Below are positions 34,646 to 41,665 of a stretch of 44,417 nt of DNA, piece by piece. Position numbers and translations under genes: made by a program. The DNA lies in IMG/VR virus record IMGVR_UViG_3300037424_000618, positions 1 through 44,417 of that record; one strand, written 5' to 3'. The notes under the pieces are model-generated. The model was not told the DNA's origin and did not search any database. It was given only the letters and a program-made list of their open reading frames with translations. Position 1 is the first letter of the stretch, and every line of letters begins with the position of its first letter. This DNA comes from a virus.

Positions 34646-34782
34646 TTACATTTCTCCTTCAAGTAATAGTAATACTCGTTGGCAAAAAGCCATGCAAGCC
34701 ATACGGGTTTGACTAAGGCATACTTAGATGCCAATTGCCAAGGAACTAAGAACCTTGCTGCTACTTTCACCACCCTCTCCAT
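34642..34782 (-). CDS. Hypothetical small ORF (46 aa; shortened from the 72-aa track ORF)
   Basis: The track ORF starts at TTG without an SD; the internal ATG 34782 overlaps the end of the 36-aa peptide ORF; weak support. Confidence 0.3.
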   Translation of the reverse strand: MERVVKVAARFLVPWQLASKYALVKPVWLAWLFANEYYYYLKEKCK

Positions 34783-34877
34783 TTCATAAGCAGGCCGAGG
34801 AGATAGAGAAACAGAAAGATTGCCCCATAGTACAGGACAACCGCGATGATAAAGGCCCAAGCTGTTTGTCCCGCCAT
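34767..34877 (-). CDS. Tiny hydrophobic peptide (36 aa), not in the ORF track
   Basis: GAGAGGG SD 8 nt before ATG 34877; MAGQTAWAFIIAVVLYYGAIFLFLYLLGLLMKWRGW. Confidence 0.45.
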   Translation of the reverse strand: MAGQTAWAFIIAVVLYYGAIFLFLYLLGLLMKWRGW

Positions 34878-34891
34878 CGGTAAGCCCTCTC

Positions 34892-35089
34892 TTAGTTGAA
34901 CAAATCGTTCAGGTCCGTGGGCAGCTTCGCGGCCGCTGCAGCTCCAGCCATCTTCGGAGACTTGGAAATAGCCTGGGTACGATGCTCCCGGAGAAGCTTG
35001 ATTGCCTCCTTCGTCTCCTCATCCGTCGGAGTATAGCCGGCAGCAATCTTGGTGCGAAAATCTCTCAGTTGTTCCAGTGGTGTAGACAT
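34892..35089 (-). CDS. Hypothetical protein (65 aa)
   Basis: GGGAG SD upstream; helical, charged. Confidence 0.55.
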   Translation of the reverse strand: MSTPLEQLRDFRTKIAAGYTPTDEETKEAIKLLREHRTQAISKSPKMAGAAAAAKLPTDLNDLFN

Positions 35090-35112
35090 TTTACTTACTC
35101 CCGTTGATAGAG

Positions 35113-35355
35113 CTAATTGCTCTTGTTGAGGTGCTTGTGGACCTTGCCCATCAAAGGACGAAGGTCGAGGGAATTTTCCTGATTCAGGAAGGCCTGCAGG
35201 AACCCATCGACGAGCTCGGCTACAATAACGGACTTCAGTCCATAATGGGACCGATTGGCCACAGGGTCATGCGTGATAAGCTCCAGCCTATCCGCCACGT
35301 CTTTTGGAACTCGGTAAGTAACATTGATGTTACTCTTTTTATACTGACCTTTCAT
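35113..35355 (-). CDS. Possible ribbon-helix-helix DNA-binding protein (80 aa)
   Basis: GGAGGT SD; N-terminal basic strand INVTYRVPKDVADRLE followed by helices, resembling Arc/CopG-type proteins. Confidence 0.45.
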   Translation of the reverse strand: MKGQYKKSNINVTYRVPKDVADRLELITHDPVANRSHYGLKSVIVAELVDGFLQAFLNQENSLDLRPLMGKVHKHLNKSN

Positions 35356-35585
35356 TCATCTTTTACCTCCACGTAGAATTTCCGAATGTAGGCGAGGTTT
35401 CCGTGGTAATAGCGGATATCGCCATATAGGCTCGGCAGTTTAACAAGCCGAGTGGCGCGAGCTCTGTGTTCTTCTTCCGTGTAGTCCTCGCGCGGAATAG
35501 AGAAAGGATAAAACTTTCCTTGGTATTTATAGACAAAAGCCTCACGCGTTTCATCTTTATACAGTTTGACTTCTCTTTTCATCAC
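35352..35585 (-). CDS. Hypothetical protein (77 aa)
   Basis: Start (GTG 35585 or ATG 35582) overlaps the upstream stop; GGAGAC SD. Confidence 0.55.
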   Translation of the reverse strand: MMKREVKLYKDETREAFVYKYQGKFYPFSIPREDYTEEEHRARATRLVKLPSLYGDIRYYHGNLAYIRKFYVEVKDE

Positions 35586-36061
35586 AGGTCTCCGTCACAG
35601 TCGATATCTGCCAGCGTCGTCATTTGAACGTCCATATATACGTCGCAGTTACAGCAACTGGAAACTGGTCGATGGTTGCAGCCAGTCCCAACTCGCTGAG
35701 TTTTCCAGCTACAGGGTTCTCCACAACAGCCACAGAAGGGACCTTGGTCTGCGACGCAATCACCAGAGCCTTCCCGATGGGGGAAAGGATAGGCTCCGCA
35801 TGTGCAAATATTTTTCTCCTTAATCCTCCGAGCGGAGAAGCCACAGATGAAGTGCTCATCTGTACCCATAGAAGGCCCGGTTAGGATTTTCAGTCCCCCA
35901 ACCGTTTCATACCTCCCAAGCTTGTAATTTTGGTGCTTCACAGTCCCATCCCTCAGAAACAATATAGTCTGTCCGATAAGGTTATCACGCAGGCTATACC
36001 AGGCGGACTTGGGATTTACCCCGGTTATCTTGTATTTCTTACCTTCTTTCAGTTTTCTCAT
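35582..36061 (-). CDS. Cys-rich hypothetical protein (159 aa)
   Basis: GAGGTGA SD; C-terminal half has many Cys (CTCG, CGCCGEPC, CCNC). Confidence 0.55.
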   Translation of the reverse strand: MRKLKEGKKYKITGVNPKSAWYSLRDNLIGQTILFLRDGTVKHQNYKLGRYETVGGLKILTGPSMGTDEHFICGFSARRIKEKNICTCGAYPFPHREGSGDCVADQGPFCGCCGEPCSWKTQRVGTGCNHRPVSSCCNCDVYMDVQMTTLADIDCDGDL

Positions 36062-36064
36062 ATT

Positions 36065-36418
36065 TCACCTCACAGCGATGATGACAATAACGTCGCCAGT
36101 AAAGTTCACTGGCACCTCTTCAAACCAGGCTTGCTGGTCAAAGCAAGTTTCCTTCGGCGGAGTTTCCGCTGGAACATATAGCAAATGTGCCTTTTTCTTG
36201 GTCGGCAGGTATGTTGTGGTCAGAACTTCAAATTCCTCTCCGAGAATCGCAAAGACTTCCTGGTCGCCAAGAGCTTTTCCAAGGAAAAAGAAGATAGGCC
36301 TCCCAGTCTCCGGATAAATTCCCAAGAAAGCCAATGGCTCTTGCTCCCCTTCTCGCAGGATATTCACCAAACGCTGGCCATAATATTCTTTTGCGTAGTT
36401 AAATGATTCAAATTTCAT
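36065..36418 (-). CDS. Hypothetical protein (117 aa)
   Basis: GGGAGAGGTGGG SD region upstream. Confidence 0.55.
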   Translation of the reverse strand: MKFESFNYAKEYYGQRLVNILREGEQEPLAFLGIYPETGRPIFFFLGKALGDQEVFAILGEEFEVLTTTYLPTKKKAHLLYVPAETPPKETCFDQQAWFEEVPVNFTGDVIVIIAVR

Positions 36419-36430
36419 CCCACCTCTCCC

Positions 36431-36649
36431 TTAATATGACCCACCCTTTCCTGCGAATATATTTTGTTCATCCCGCTCAGCCAGCTCCACCATCACCTGC
36501 CGGATAAGGGGCTGATTAAGGTATTGAACTCGAAATTCCTCGTCGAGCATTCTCCAAGCCCGATACACGTCAGGCAATTCCATCTCATATACCGTGGAAA
36601 TCGCCCTTACTGCATACGGATAAAAGGAACATACAGATAAGGTAGCCAT
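36431..36649 (-). CDS. Hypothetical protein (72 aa)
   Basis: AAGGAGG SD upstream. Confidence 0.55.
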   Translation of the reverse strand: MATLSVCSFYPYAVRAISTVYEMELPDVYRAWRMLDEEFRVQYLNQPLIRQVMVELAERDEQNIFAGKGGSY

Positions 36650-36661
36650 GGCGGACCTCCT

Positions 36662-37141
36662 TTAGTAATCCGGCTGGATTCGGTCGGAAATCGCGAGCTC
36701 CCTTTCCCGGTAGCTCATACCATCAGGGAGCTTTTTCGTAAAGCACCGCTGGCATACAAGGGTAGAATCCCGGCGATATTCAGATTCCTGAGGCAGATGC
36801 TGAAAGGCGCCAAGGCCTCCGTCAATCGCCTTATAGTGGACTCCAACAAGGCGGTTCACCCGCTTGACGAAAATATGCGAATTCGGGGAGAGGTAAATAC
36901 TCCCGCAGGTCTTGCAGGTAACTTCATGTATCATCATGACAACTGCCATGTCTTTCCAGTTAAAGTCGAGCTGGGCTTTTTTAAACCTATCCAGCGCCTC
37001 TTGGGATTCATTTATCAAACGTTGGGTTTCCCCAGAAACTTTCTTGATTTTCCCCTGCTTATTTGCCTTGATTTCTCGGGCCTGTGCAACGGCTTTCTTA
37101 ATAAAAGCGTCCAGGTCCATCGCGGGTTTCTTCTCTTCCAT
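36662..37141 (-). CDS. Zinc-finger hypothetical protein (159 aa)
   Basis: GGAGGA SD; CKTCG ... CQRC. Confidence 0.55.
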   Translation of the reverse strand: MEEKKPAMDLDAFIKKAVAQAREIKANKQGKIKKVSGETQRLINESQEALDRFKKAQLDFNWKDMAVVMMIHEVTCKTCGSIYLSPNSHIFVKRVNRLVGVHYKAIDGGLGAFQHLPQESEYRRDSTLVCQRCFTKKLPDGMSYRERELAISDRIQPDY

Positions 37142-37185
37142 TTCACTATCCTCCAGGTTAGTGTTCTTTCGCTCGGTCCATCAGA

Positions 37186-37305
37186 TTAGGGATTCAAAAG
37201 AATCCCATAGCGAATCTTCGCTTTGAGGGAGCGGATTTCCTTCTTGCTGAAACCATTCCCCTCGTTTATTTTAGCCATGAAGGCCAGTGGGTCTTTCTCT
37301 TCCAT
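37186..37305 (-). CDS. Small ORF (39 aa), not in the ORF track
   Basis: GGAGGT SD 9 nt before ATG 37305; MEEKDPLAFMAKINEGNGFSKKEIRSLKAKIRYGILLNP; fills the gap between two genes. Confidence 0.4.
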   Translation of the reverse strand: MEEKDPLAFMAKINEGNGFSKKEIRSLKAKIRYGILLNP

Positions 37306-37307
37306 CT

Positions 37308-37535
37308 TTAGATACCTCCAGTCATCTTGACCATAAGGGTCGCTCTGCGTTTGTAGTCAGCAACGGTAGCTGGACGGGAAGACCACAGGTTAATTTCCTT
37401 GGGGTTTCCGTCCTTGTCGTTGATTACCTTGGTTCCAGTAACCTCCCAGACCATCAGAGGGAACTTCGTCCATCTCCTCACTGGCGGAAGTTTCTGGAAC
37501 TTGGTATCGCGGTGCATGTCAGGGGAATTGTTCAT
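37308..37535 (-). CDS. Hypothetical protein (75 aa)
   Basis: AAAGGGG SD upstream. Confidence 0.55.
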   Translation of the reverse strand: MNNSPDMHRDTKFQKLPPVRRWTKFPLMVWEVTGTKVINDKDGNPKEINLWSSRPATVADYKRRATLMVKMTGGI

Positions 37536-37547
37536 CTTCTGACCCCT

Positions 37548-37775
37548 TTATTCGGCGCTGGCTAAGAAAATCATCCGTCCGGAGATGGATTTTCCGACGT
37601 GCTCGGTGACAGTTACCCCGAAGTCAATACTACGGCGCTGGCAGTTCCGTCTCACCATCTCCGCCTTACCCTTGTCAATCGTCCACCAGTGCTGGCGCTG
37701 TCCCCCACGCAGGAAGTGGAAGTTGTAACGCTTGACGAGGCCGGGTTCTTTCTTCTTACGATTCTTAGTTGCCAT
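37548..37775 (-). CDS. Basic hypothetical protein (75 aa)
   Basis: AGAGGAAA SD; MATKNRKKKEPG basic N terminus. Confidence 0.55.
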   Translation of the reverse strand: MATKNRKKKEPGLVKRYNFHFLRGGQRQHWWTIDKGKAEMVRRNCQRRSIDFGVTVTEHVGKSISGRMIFLASAE

Positions 37776-37789
37776 TTTTGTTTTCCTCT

Positions 37790-38044
37790 TTACAAGGTAG
37801 GGAAGGCTACGTTAATAGCCAGAAGCGCCACAGAATTCTCAACGTCGCCCTGAAGGGAGTCGGGCCACGCACATTTAACGTCGCCGATATGGATACTGTT
37901 CTCTGTGGCATAGAATGGGATGGGTTCCTCTTTGTGCGGTATCTCAGTTGCATCTTTTACGCGCTGAACTATAACCTCCCCCGCATAGATTTCTCCGCGA
38001 TTGAACAGGACATTTACAGATACATTAAGCCCATAAAACGTCAT
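37790..38044 (-). CDS. Hypothetical protein (84 aa)
   Basis: ATG 38044 with GGAGAA SD; the track start 38098 lies inside the -10 element of the promoter below. Confidence 0.5.
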   Translation of the reverse strand: MTFYGLNVSVNVLFNRGEIYAGEVIVQRVKDATEIPHKEEPIPFYATENSIHIGDVKCAWPDSLQGDVENSVALLAINVAFPTL

Positions 38045-38096
38045 TTTTAGAATTCTCCAGTTTTTGGGATAGAATGGGATGGTTCCCCATGTATAC

Positions 38097-38124
38097 ATTA
38101 TGGCATGTTTTAGCCAGTTGTCAA
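38097..38124 (-). promoter_or_regulatory. Sigma70-type promoter
   Basis: Minus strand: TTGACA (38124-38119), 16-nt spacer, CATAAT (38102-38097). Confidence 0.6.
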
Positions 38125-38214
38125 GTAAATATCCAATAAACTATTTGGGAAAAGGTGGATGGGCAGATTATTGGATTGGTCGTGATGGAATACAATAATC
38201 ATTTAGCCAAGGTT

Positions 38215-38239
38215 AAAAAAATCCCCTCGCTGGTGGGGG
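38215..38239 (-). terminator. Candidate intrinsic terminator (weak stem, long U run)
   Basis: Minus strand CCCC-ACCAGCGA-GGGG followed by ATTTTTTTAA. Confidence 0.3.
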
Positions 38240-38277
38240 TGTACCAGGACCTGGAGGAGTCCGGATACTCAGCGAAG

Positions 38278-38323
38278 GGAAAAAGGGAAAAGATGCCTGT
38301 GTTTTTGCACACCCCCCACAGGC
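38278..38323 (-). terminator. Candidate intrinsic terminator after paralog A
   Basis: Minus strand GCCTGTG ... CACAGGC (7-bp stem, 15-nt loop) followed by ATCTTTTCCCTTTTTTCCC. Confidence 0.4.
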
Positions 38324-38368
38324 AGGGAATCGACAAGCGAGGTACCCCGCAGTGCATGGGCCAACTTT

Positions 38369-38869
38369 TTAGAAGCTCAGCGTACCCACATCACCGGCAG
38401 CGGCAGCTTTCCGGGCCGCTTCCTGGGCCGTTTCCTGGGCCTTGAGCAGCTTGATTTCCGCGAGTTTCTGGACGATGGAAGGATGGCTGCGGAGGCCCTT
38501 CTTCTCTTCATCAGTCATGGTAGCAATCTTGGCCACGCACTCGTCGAGGGTGCGACCGGAGACATCGGCCAGGGCTTCGGCGAGCTGGGAAACACGCGGG
38601 CCAGAGGAACCTTCCCCGCGCTGGGACCACTTGCCTTCCTGCAGGGCAGCCAGAACGGCCTTGGCGGCGACATGCGCCTGGGCGGCATCGACACCGGCGT
38701 AGGAGTCCCCGAGTTTCTGGGCAACGCCGTGAGCGAGCAGGGCCGCCTGGATTTCCGGGGAGAATTCGCTGGGGCGAACTTCCAGTACTTCGTTGTCATC
38801 AGAGAAGGTGAAGGTGATTACGGAAAAATCGTCAGATACTGCCTTGGTTGCTTTTGTTTCGCGAGCCAT
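38369..38869 (-). CDS. Early protein, paralog A of a two-member family (166 aa)
   Basis: ATG 38869 with GAGGT SD; shares HG(V/L)AQKLGDSYAG and several further blocks with 41666..42154; own promoter and terminators. Confidence 0.6.
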   Translation of the reverse strand: MARETKATKAVSDDFSVITFTFSDDNEVLEVRPSEFSPEIQAALLAHGVAQKLGDSYAGVDAAQAHVAAKAVLAALQEGKWSQRGEGSSGPRVSQLAEALADVSGRTLDECVAKIATMTDEEKKGLRSHPSIVQKLAEIKLLKAQETAQEAARKAAAAGDVGTLSF

Positions 38870-38934
38870 TGGAAAATACCTCATCAGTTATTGGAAAGGA
38901 TGATTAGGCTTGGTGATTCCTAACCATGTCGAAC

Positions 38935-38963
38935 ATTGTATAATGGGTGGGTCAGTGTGTCAA
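38935..38963 (-). promoter_or_regulatory. Sigma70-type promoter for paralog A
   Basis: Minus strand: TTGACA (38963-38958), 17-nt spacer, TACAAT (38940-38935). Confidence 0.6.
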
Positions 38964-39014
38964 TAGGCTTTCGGAAAATATTTTGAAAAAAGTTGGGAAA
39001 AGGCTCTTGACATT

Positions 39015-39212
39015 TTAAAATTCTTCCGATGGGGTGGGTTTGAGAAGAAGTTCAGAACTTTGACAAGCTGCACATATGGCAACTGTCTGTCCGCGTTCGT
39101 CACCGACCAGGGGTTGAAAGGCGAGGAAGAATTGCTGACACCCACATATGGTGCAGGTGAGGACCAGCTCTGTCTTCTTCTCCTTGAAGTTTCCAGGAAT
39201 TACGTTACTCAT
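39015..39212 (-). CDS. Zinc-ribbon protein (65 aa)
   Basis: Start overlaps the upstream stop by 8 nt; CTICGC ... CAAC. Confidence 0.55.
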   Translation of the reverse strand: MSNVIPGNFKEKKTELVLTCTICGCQQFFLAFQPLVGDERGQTVAICAACQSSELLLKPTPSEEF

Positions 39213-39576
39213 TATTTAGTTTCTCCATGAGTTGATTGTATTGGGCAATGACTTCATACCACCAACCGGTCTCGGTATCGTAGTGACCTTTAAGGCTGTA
39301 CCAAGTAATACCTGGATAATCTTCTCTAGCATCCTCCAGGTCTCGGTAGAATGGACCTTTATCCTCCATTCTAGTCCCTCCCAGGCCAGGGCAAGAAAGT
39401 CCGCATAAGCCCTGGGTTTTATCCAAGTCAGTCCAAAGCCATTGGGAACAATTCAGAGGAATGCAGCATCGCGCGTAGTTCTCGTCGTTATGAAAATGCG
39501 GGCAGTATTTCAACTCTGCTTCCTTGATGGTCTTGGAGTTGTTGATAATCAGGTCAATTTTGGAAATCATCTTCAT
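39205..39576 (-). CDS. Cys-rich hypothetical protein (123 aa)
   Basis: AAGGAG SD; ATG 39576 (ATGA overlap) or ATG 39570. Confidence 0.55.
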   Translation of the reverse strand: MKMISKIDLIINNSKTIKEAELKYCPHFHNDENYARCCIPLNCSQWLWTDLDKTQGLCGLSCPGLGGTRMEDKGPFYRDLEDAREDYPGITWYSLKGHYDTETGWWYEVIAQYNQLMEKLNNE

Positions 39577-40004
39577 TTCTCCTTATCAAACAGGTTTTTG
39601 ATAAAGGCGTCTTGCTGGTCCTCAGAACTCCCCTCCCATTCCCGGGAAAGCTTTTCCTGTCCTGTGATAAGCCCCTCGACCATTCCGAGCCTCCGCCTTG
39701 CCTCTTCCACTGATTCATCCCCCAGGTCAATCCCGGCACCGGCTAGTTCAGCCTCAAAGTCCCCGCCGGTGGGCTGAACAGTCATTTGGTATTCCCCTGA
39801 CTGGAGCTCATGGAGCCGAATTTCACACATTTCGACTGTTTCAAGCAGTGGATGGAATTCCTTCCGCATTTCAGCCCTGAGGCCGTAGAGCAAACGGCGG
39901 AGCTGATAAGCCTTTGCCTTTGTCGGGAGGATAACATCGACGGGTTCTTCTGCCCCCTTGAGAAGCAAAAGAAGGAACTTGGGGGAAAAGTTAGAGACTG
40001 CCAT
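39573..40004 (-). CDS. Hypothetical protein (143 aa)
   Basis: ATG 40004 with GAGGAA SD; the longer track version overlaps the upstream gene without an SD. Confidence 0.5.
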   Translation of the reverse strand: MAVSNFSPKFLLLLLKGAEEPVDVILPTKAKAYQLRRLLYGLRAEMRKEFHPLLETVEMCEIRLHELQSGEYQMTVQPTGGDFEAELAGAGIDLGDESVEEARRRLGMVEGLITGQEKLSREWEGSSEDQQDAFIKNLFDKEK

Positions 40005-40182
40005 TTTTATATTCCTCAATATCTTTGATTTCAGTTTCCTCTCCGTCCACGAGCCAAACACCTTTCTCTGTATCATAGACGAAGAATTCCTCGACCATTG
40101 AATGGGATTCAGCAACGGTCGGGTCATTCGTCCCCTGCAGGCAACCCTCGTACAGGTTAGTGATGATATATCTGAATTTCAT
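39991..40182 (-). CDS. Hypothetical acidic protein (63 aa)
   Basis: ATG 40182 directly after the HNH-like ORF stop, GAGGA SD about 10 nt upstream. Confidence 0.5.
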   Translation of the reverse strand: MKFRYIITNLYEGCLQGTNDPTVAESHSMVEEFFVYDTEKGVWLVDGEETEIKDIEEYKNGSL

Positions 40183-40183
40183 T

Positions 40184-40645
40184 TCAAAGGTCCTCAGGTA
40201 GGTATTGCAATAGGTCAATTTCCAAGGCATCTAGCTCTATATAATGCTTTGGATTGAGACAGCCATGGGTATCACAAATTCGTCTTAGCTTTATCTCCGT
40301 GGTAATTGGCAGGCTCTGGTATAAAAGATAGAAAAGTTCGTGTGCATACCTGACCTTTGGGCGGCCTTTGGGCGTTAAGCCGAACTCTTTGTTCTGGATT
40401 ACCCAGTAGCCTTTGCGGAATTCTCCAAGTCCCTGGGTTTGAAAAGGCGGAAGGCAACAACGTCCCTCCAACTTTTCCTCTCCTTTCCAGCTTTTCCTTT
40501 TCCTAGGCTCGTTAGGAAGAGGCACTCGCGCAAGTACCATTTGTTCCAGCCGATTTTGCAAAGGCGGGGAGATGAATCTTTTATCCCGGCCTCTGTCCTG
40601 GCTATTTTCCCTCTTAAATTTCAGATTCTTTTCCCTTGTCATCAT
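40184..40645 (-). CDS. HNH_3-like protein, possibly catalytically degenerate
   Basis: RYAHELFYLLYQ ... LRRICDTHGCLNPKHY resembles AHR...H.CDN..C.NP.HL, but the first His position reads Arg. Confidence 0.5.
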   Translation of the reverse strand: MMTREKNLKFKRENSQDRGRDKRFISPPLQNRLEQMVLARVPLPNEPRKRKSWKGEEKLEGRCCLPPFQTQGLGEFRKGYWVIQNKEFGLTPKGRPKVRYAHELFYLLYQSLPITTEIKLRRICDTHGCLNPKHYIELDALEIDLLQYLPEDL

Positions 40646-40806
40646 TCATCCTCCATGCAGGATTTCCAGATTCCTTTTTTTCTTCTCCTCTTTTCCTCCT
40701 TTTCTTCCCTACGGCTCTCCCTTATCCTTTCTTCCTCTTTATCTCCAGGGTTATAAAAAACCCCTTTCCCTCTTTTTATCTCACTTAGCATCTGCTTTTT
40801 CCTCAT
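40642..40806 (-). CDS. Highly charged small ORF (54 aa), not in the ORF track
   Basis: AGGAGGAAAGAT-ATG at 40806; MRKKQMLSEIKRGKGVFYNPGDKEEERIRESRREEKEEKRRRKKGIWKSCMEDE; its stop overlaps the HNH-like start (ATGA). Confidence 0.45.
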   Translation of the reverse strand: MRKKQMLSEIKRGKGVFYNPGDKEEERIRESRREEKEEKRRRKKGIWKSCMEDE

Positions 40807-40818
40807 ATCTTTCCTCCT

Positions 40819-40871
40819 GTAATGTCTCCCTACTGAGAAGTAGATGGAGTTGGATGGTAATGTCTCCCTAC
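40819..40871. repeat. Two exact copies of a 15-mer (plus strand GTAATGTCTCCCTAC) 38 bp apart
   Basis: Copies at 40819-40833 and 40857-40871; on the minus-strand transcript they read GTAGGGAGACATTAC, the second abutting the AGGAGG SD of the 54-aa ORF. Confidence 0.85.
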
Positions 40872-40928
40872 GGTCGCTGGGATTGCAAAGGCGGATTGCT
40901 ACTAAAAAAATCCTCTTTCTTCCGTTAT

Positions 40929-40957
40929 ATTATGATGGGGGGTGGCCAGGAAGTCAA
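40929..40957 (-). promoter_or_regulatory. Sigma70-type promoter for the HNH-like operon
   Basis: Minus strand: TTGACT (40957-40952), 17-nt spacer, CATAAT (40934-40929). Confidence 0.55.
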
Positions 40958-40984
40958 GAAAAATCTTTGCGGCTAGATTTAAAG

Positions 40985-41235
40985 TATGTGGGACGATATT
41001 CCTCTGATTTCTTTGGATATTGTGGGGGACGGTATATTACCCTTCCATTATTGCATCCTACTACTGGTTCGTCCCAGTGGTAATATGTGTCTAGAAAAAA
41101 AAAATTATTTAATTACATACCATATGGCCCTTTTTCTATGGCTGGACCAGTGTCAGGGGATAAATTGGGGATGGGTTTTGGGGATGCCGTCCCACACGCT
41201 AGACAGGGGAAGCATCGGGAATTTGGTCCCACACA
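40985..41235. repeat. Origin-like noncoding region: inverted iterons flanking an AT-rich tract
   Basis: TGTGGGAC(G) at 40987-40995 and variant at 41021-41031 (plus orientation), reverse complement at 41188-41196 and 41226-41233; GGGGAT at 41156, 41167, 41180; A10 run and AT-rich block 41094-41120. Confidence 0.45.
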
Positions 41236-41321
41236 CTCGGAACCTAGCCCGCATGTTTTCCCGCCTTCCAGCCTCACCTTTCCATCCTCCTGACCTGTTT
41301 CATTTTCCAATGGTTTTGGGC

Positions 41322-41349
41322 AAAAAAATACCCCCAGGGTTAGTGGGGG
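41322..41349 (-). terminator. Rho-independent terminator ending the first early transcription unit
   Basis: Minus strand CCCCCA-CTAACCC-TGGGGG followed by TATTTTTTTG. Confidence 0.8.
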
Positions 41350-41424
41350 TTTGGAATTACCTTACAAAAGGTAGGAAATAGAAGGGCAGGGTTAGAAGCC
41401 AGAGAAGTTCCAGAACGCTCATGG

Positions 41425-41622
41425 TTAATACCCCGCCCATTCACGCAGGGCCTGATAATCGGTAAAGGTCAAAACGGTTGGTTCATTCGGGTCTGTGGTA
41501 TGGTTGGCCACCGTCACGGAGTACCAGTCTCCAATCTCTTTGGGGTGATGGTCATCCTGCAATACCACAACAGATAACCCCCAGTCATGCCGCATTGCCC
41601 ATGTTGCTTGCTCGCGTGTCAT
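41425..41622 (-). CDS. Hypothetical early protein (65 aa; start uncertain)
   Basis: The track ORF (to 41745) overlaps paralog B by 80 nt; the first ATG after the paralog B stop is 41622 (MTREQATWAMRHDWG...), with a weak SD. Confidence 0.45.
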   Translation of the reverse strand: MTREQATWAMRHDWGLSVVVLQDDHHPKEIGDWYSVTVANHTTDPNEPTVLTFTDYQALREWAGY

Positions 41623-41665
41623 CTTGGTATACTTCTTTGGTTGATAGCCATCCTTGGCCACTGGG

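Noticed and set aside
38155-38445. 96-aa plus-strand ORF in the gap after paralog A
   Set aside because: It starts at GTG and overlaps the 3' end of paralog A in antisense. Its body coincides with the terminator hairpins of the minus strand, and its C-terminal part is a low-complexity Pro/Gly/Arg read-through. It is probably not coding, though a short antisense gene cannot be fully excluded.
39007-39040. Plus-strand TTGACA at 39007-39012 as a promoter
   Set aside because: There is no acceptable -10 hexamer at 16-18 nt spacing and no plus-strand gene downstream.
40819-40871. Resemblance of GTAGGGAGAC to the initiation region (TATAGGGAGA) of T7-type phage RNAP promoters
   Set aside because: The 10-15 nt upstream of the two copies are unrelated to each other, and the genome has no single-subunit RNAP gene. 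The similarity is treated as coincidental.
41035-41085. tRNA-like element: 7-bp stem TATTACC/GGTAATA enclosing an ACTGG-TTCGTC-CCAGT hairpin reminiscent of an acceptor plus T arm
   Set aside because: It is only 51 nt, the loop has 6 rather than 7 nt, and there is no D arm or anticodon arm. It lies in an apparently untranscribed region. It is kept only as an inverted repeat within the origin-like region.
40439-41381. Several overlapping plus-strand ORFs (105, 134, 79, 131, 68 aa) in the 40.4-41.4 kb region
   Set aside because: The products are Ser/Leu/Phe/Pro low-complexity read from a polypyrimidine strand, with no SD, and the ORFs overlap each other. The minus strand explains 40184-40806 better, and the remainder looks regulatory.
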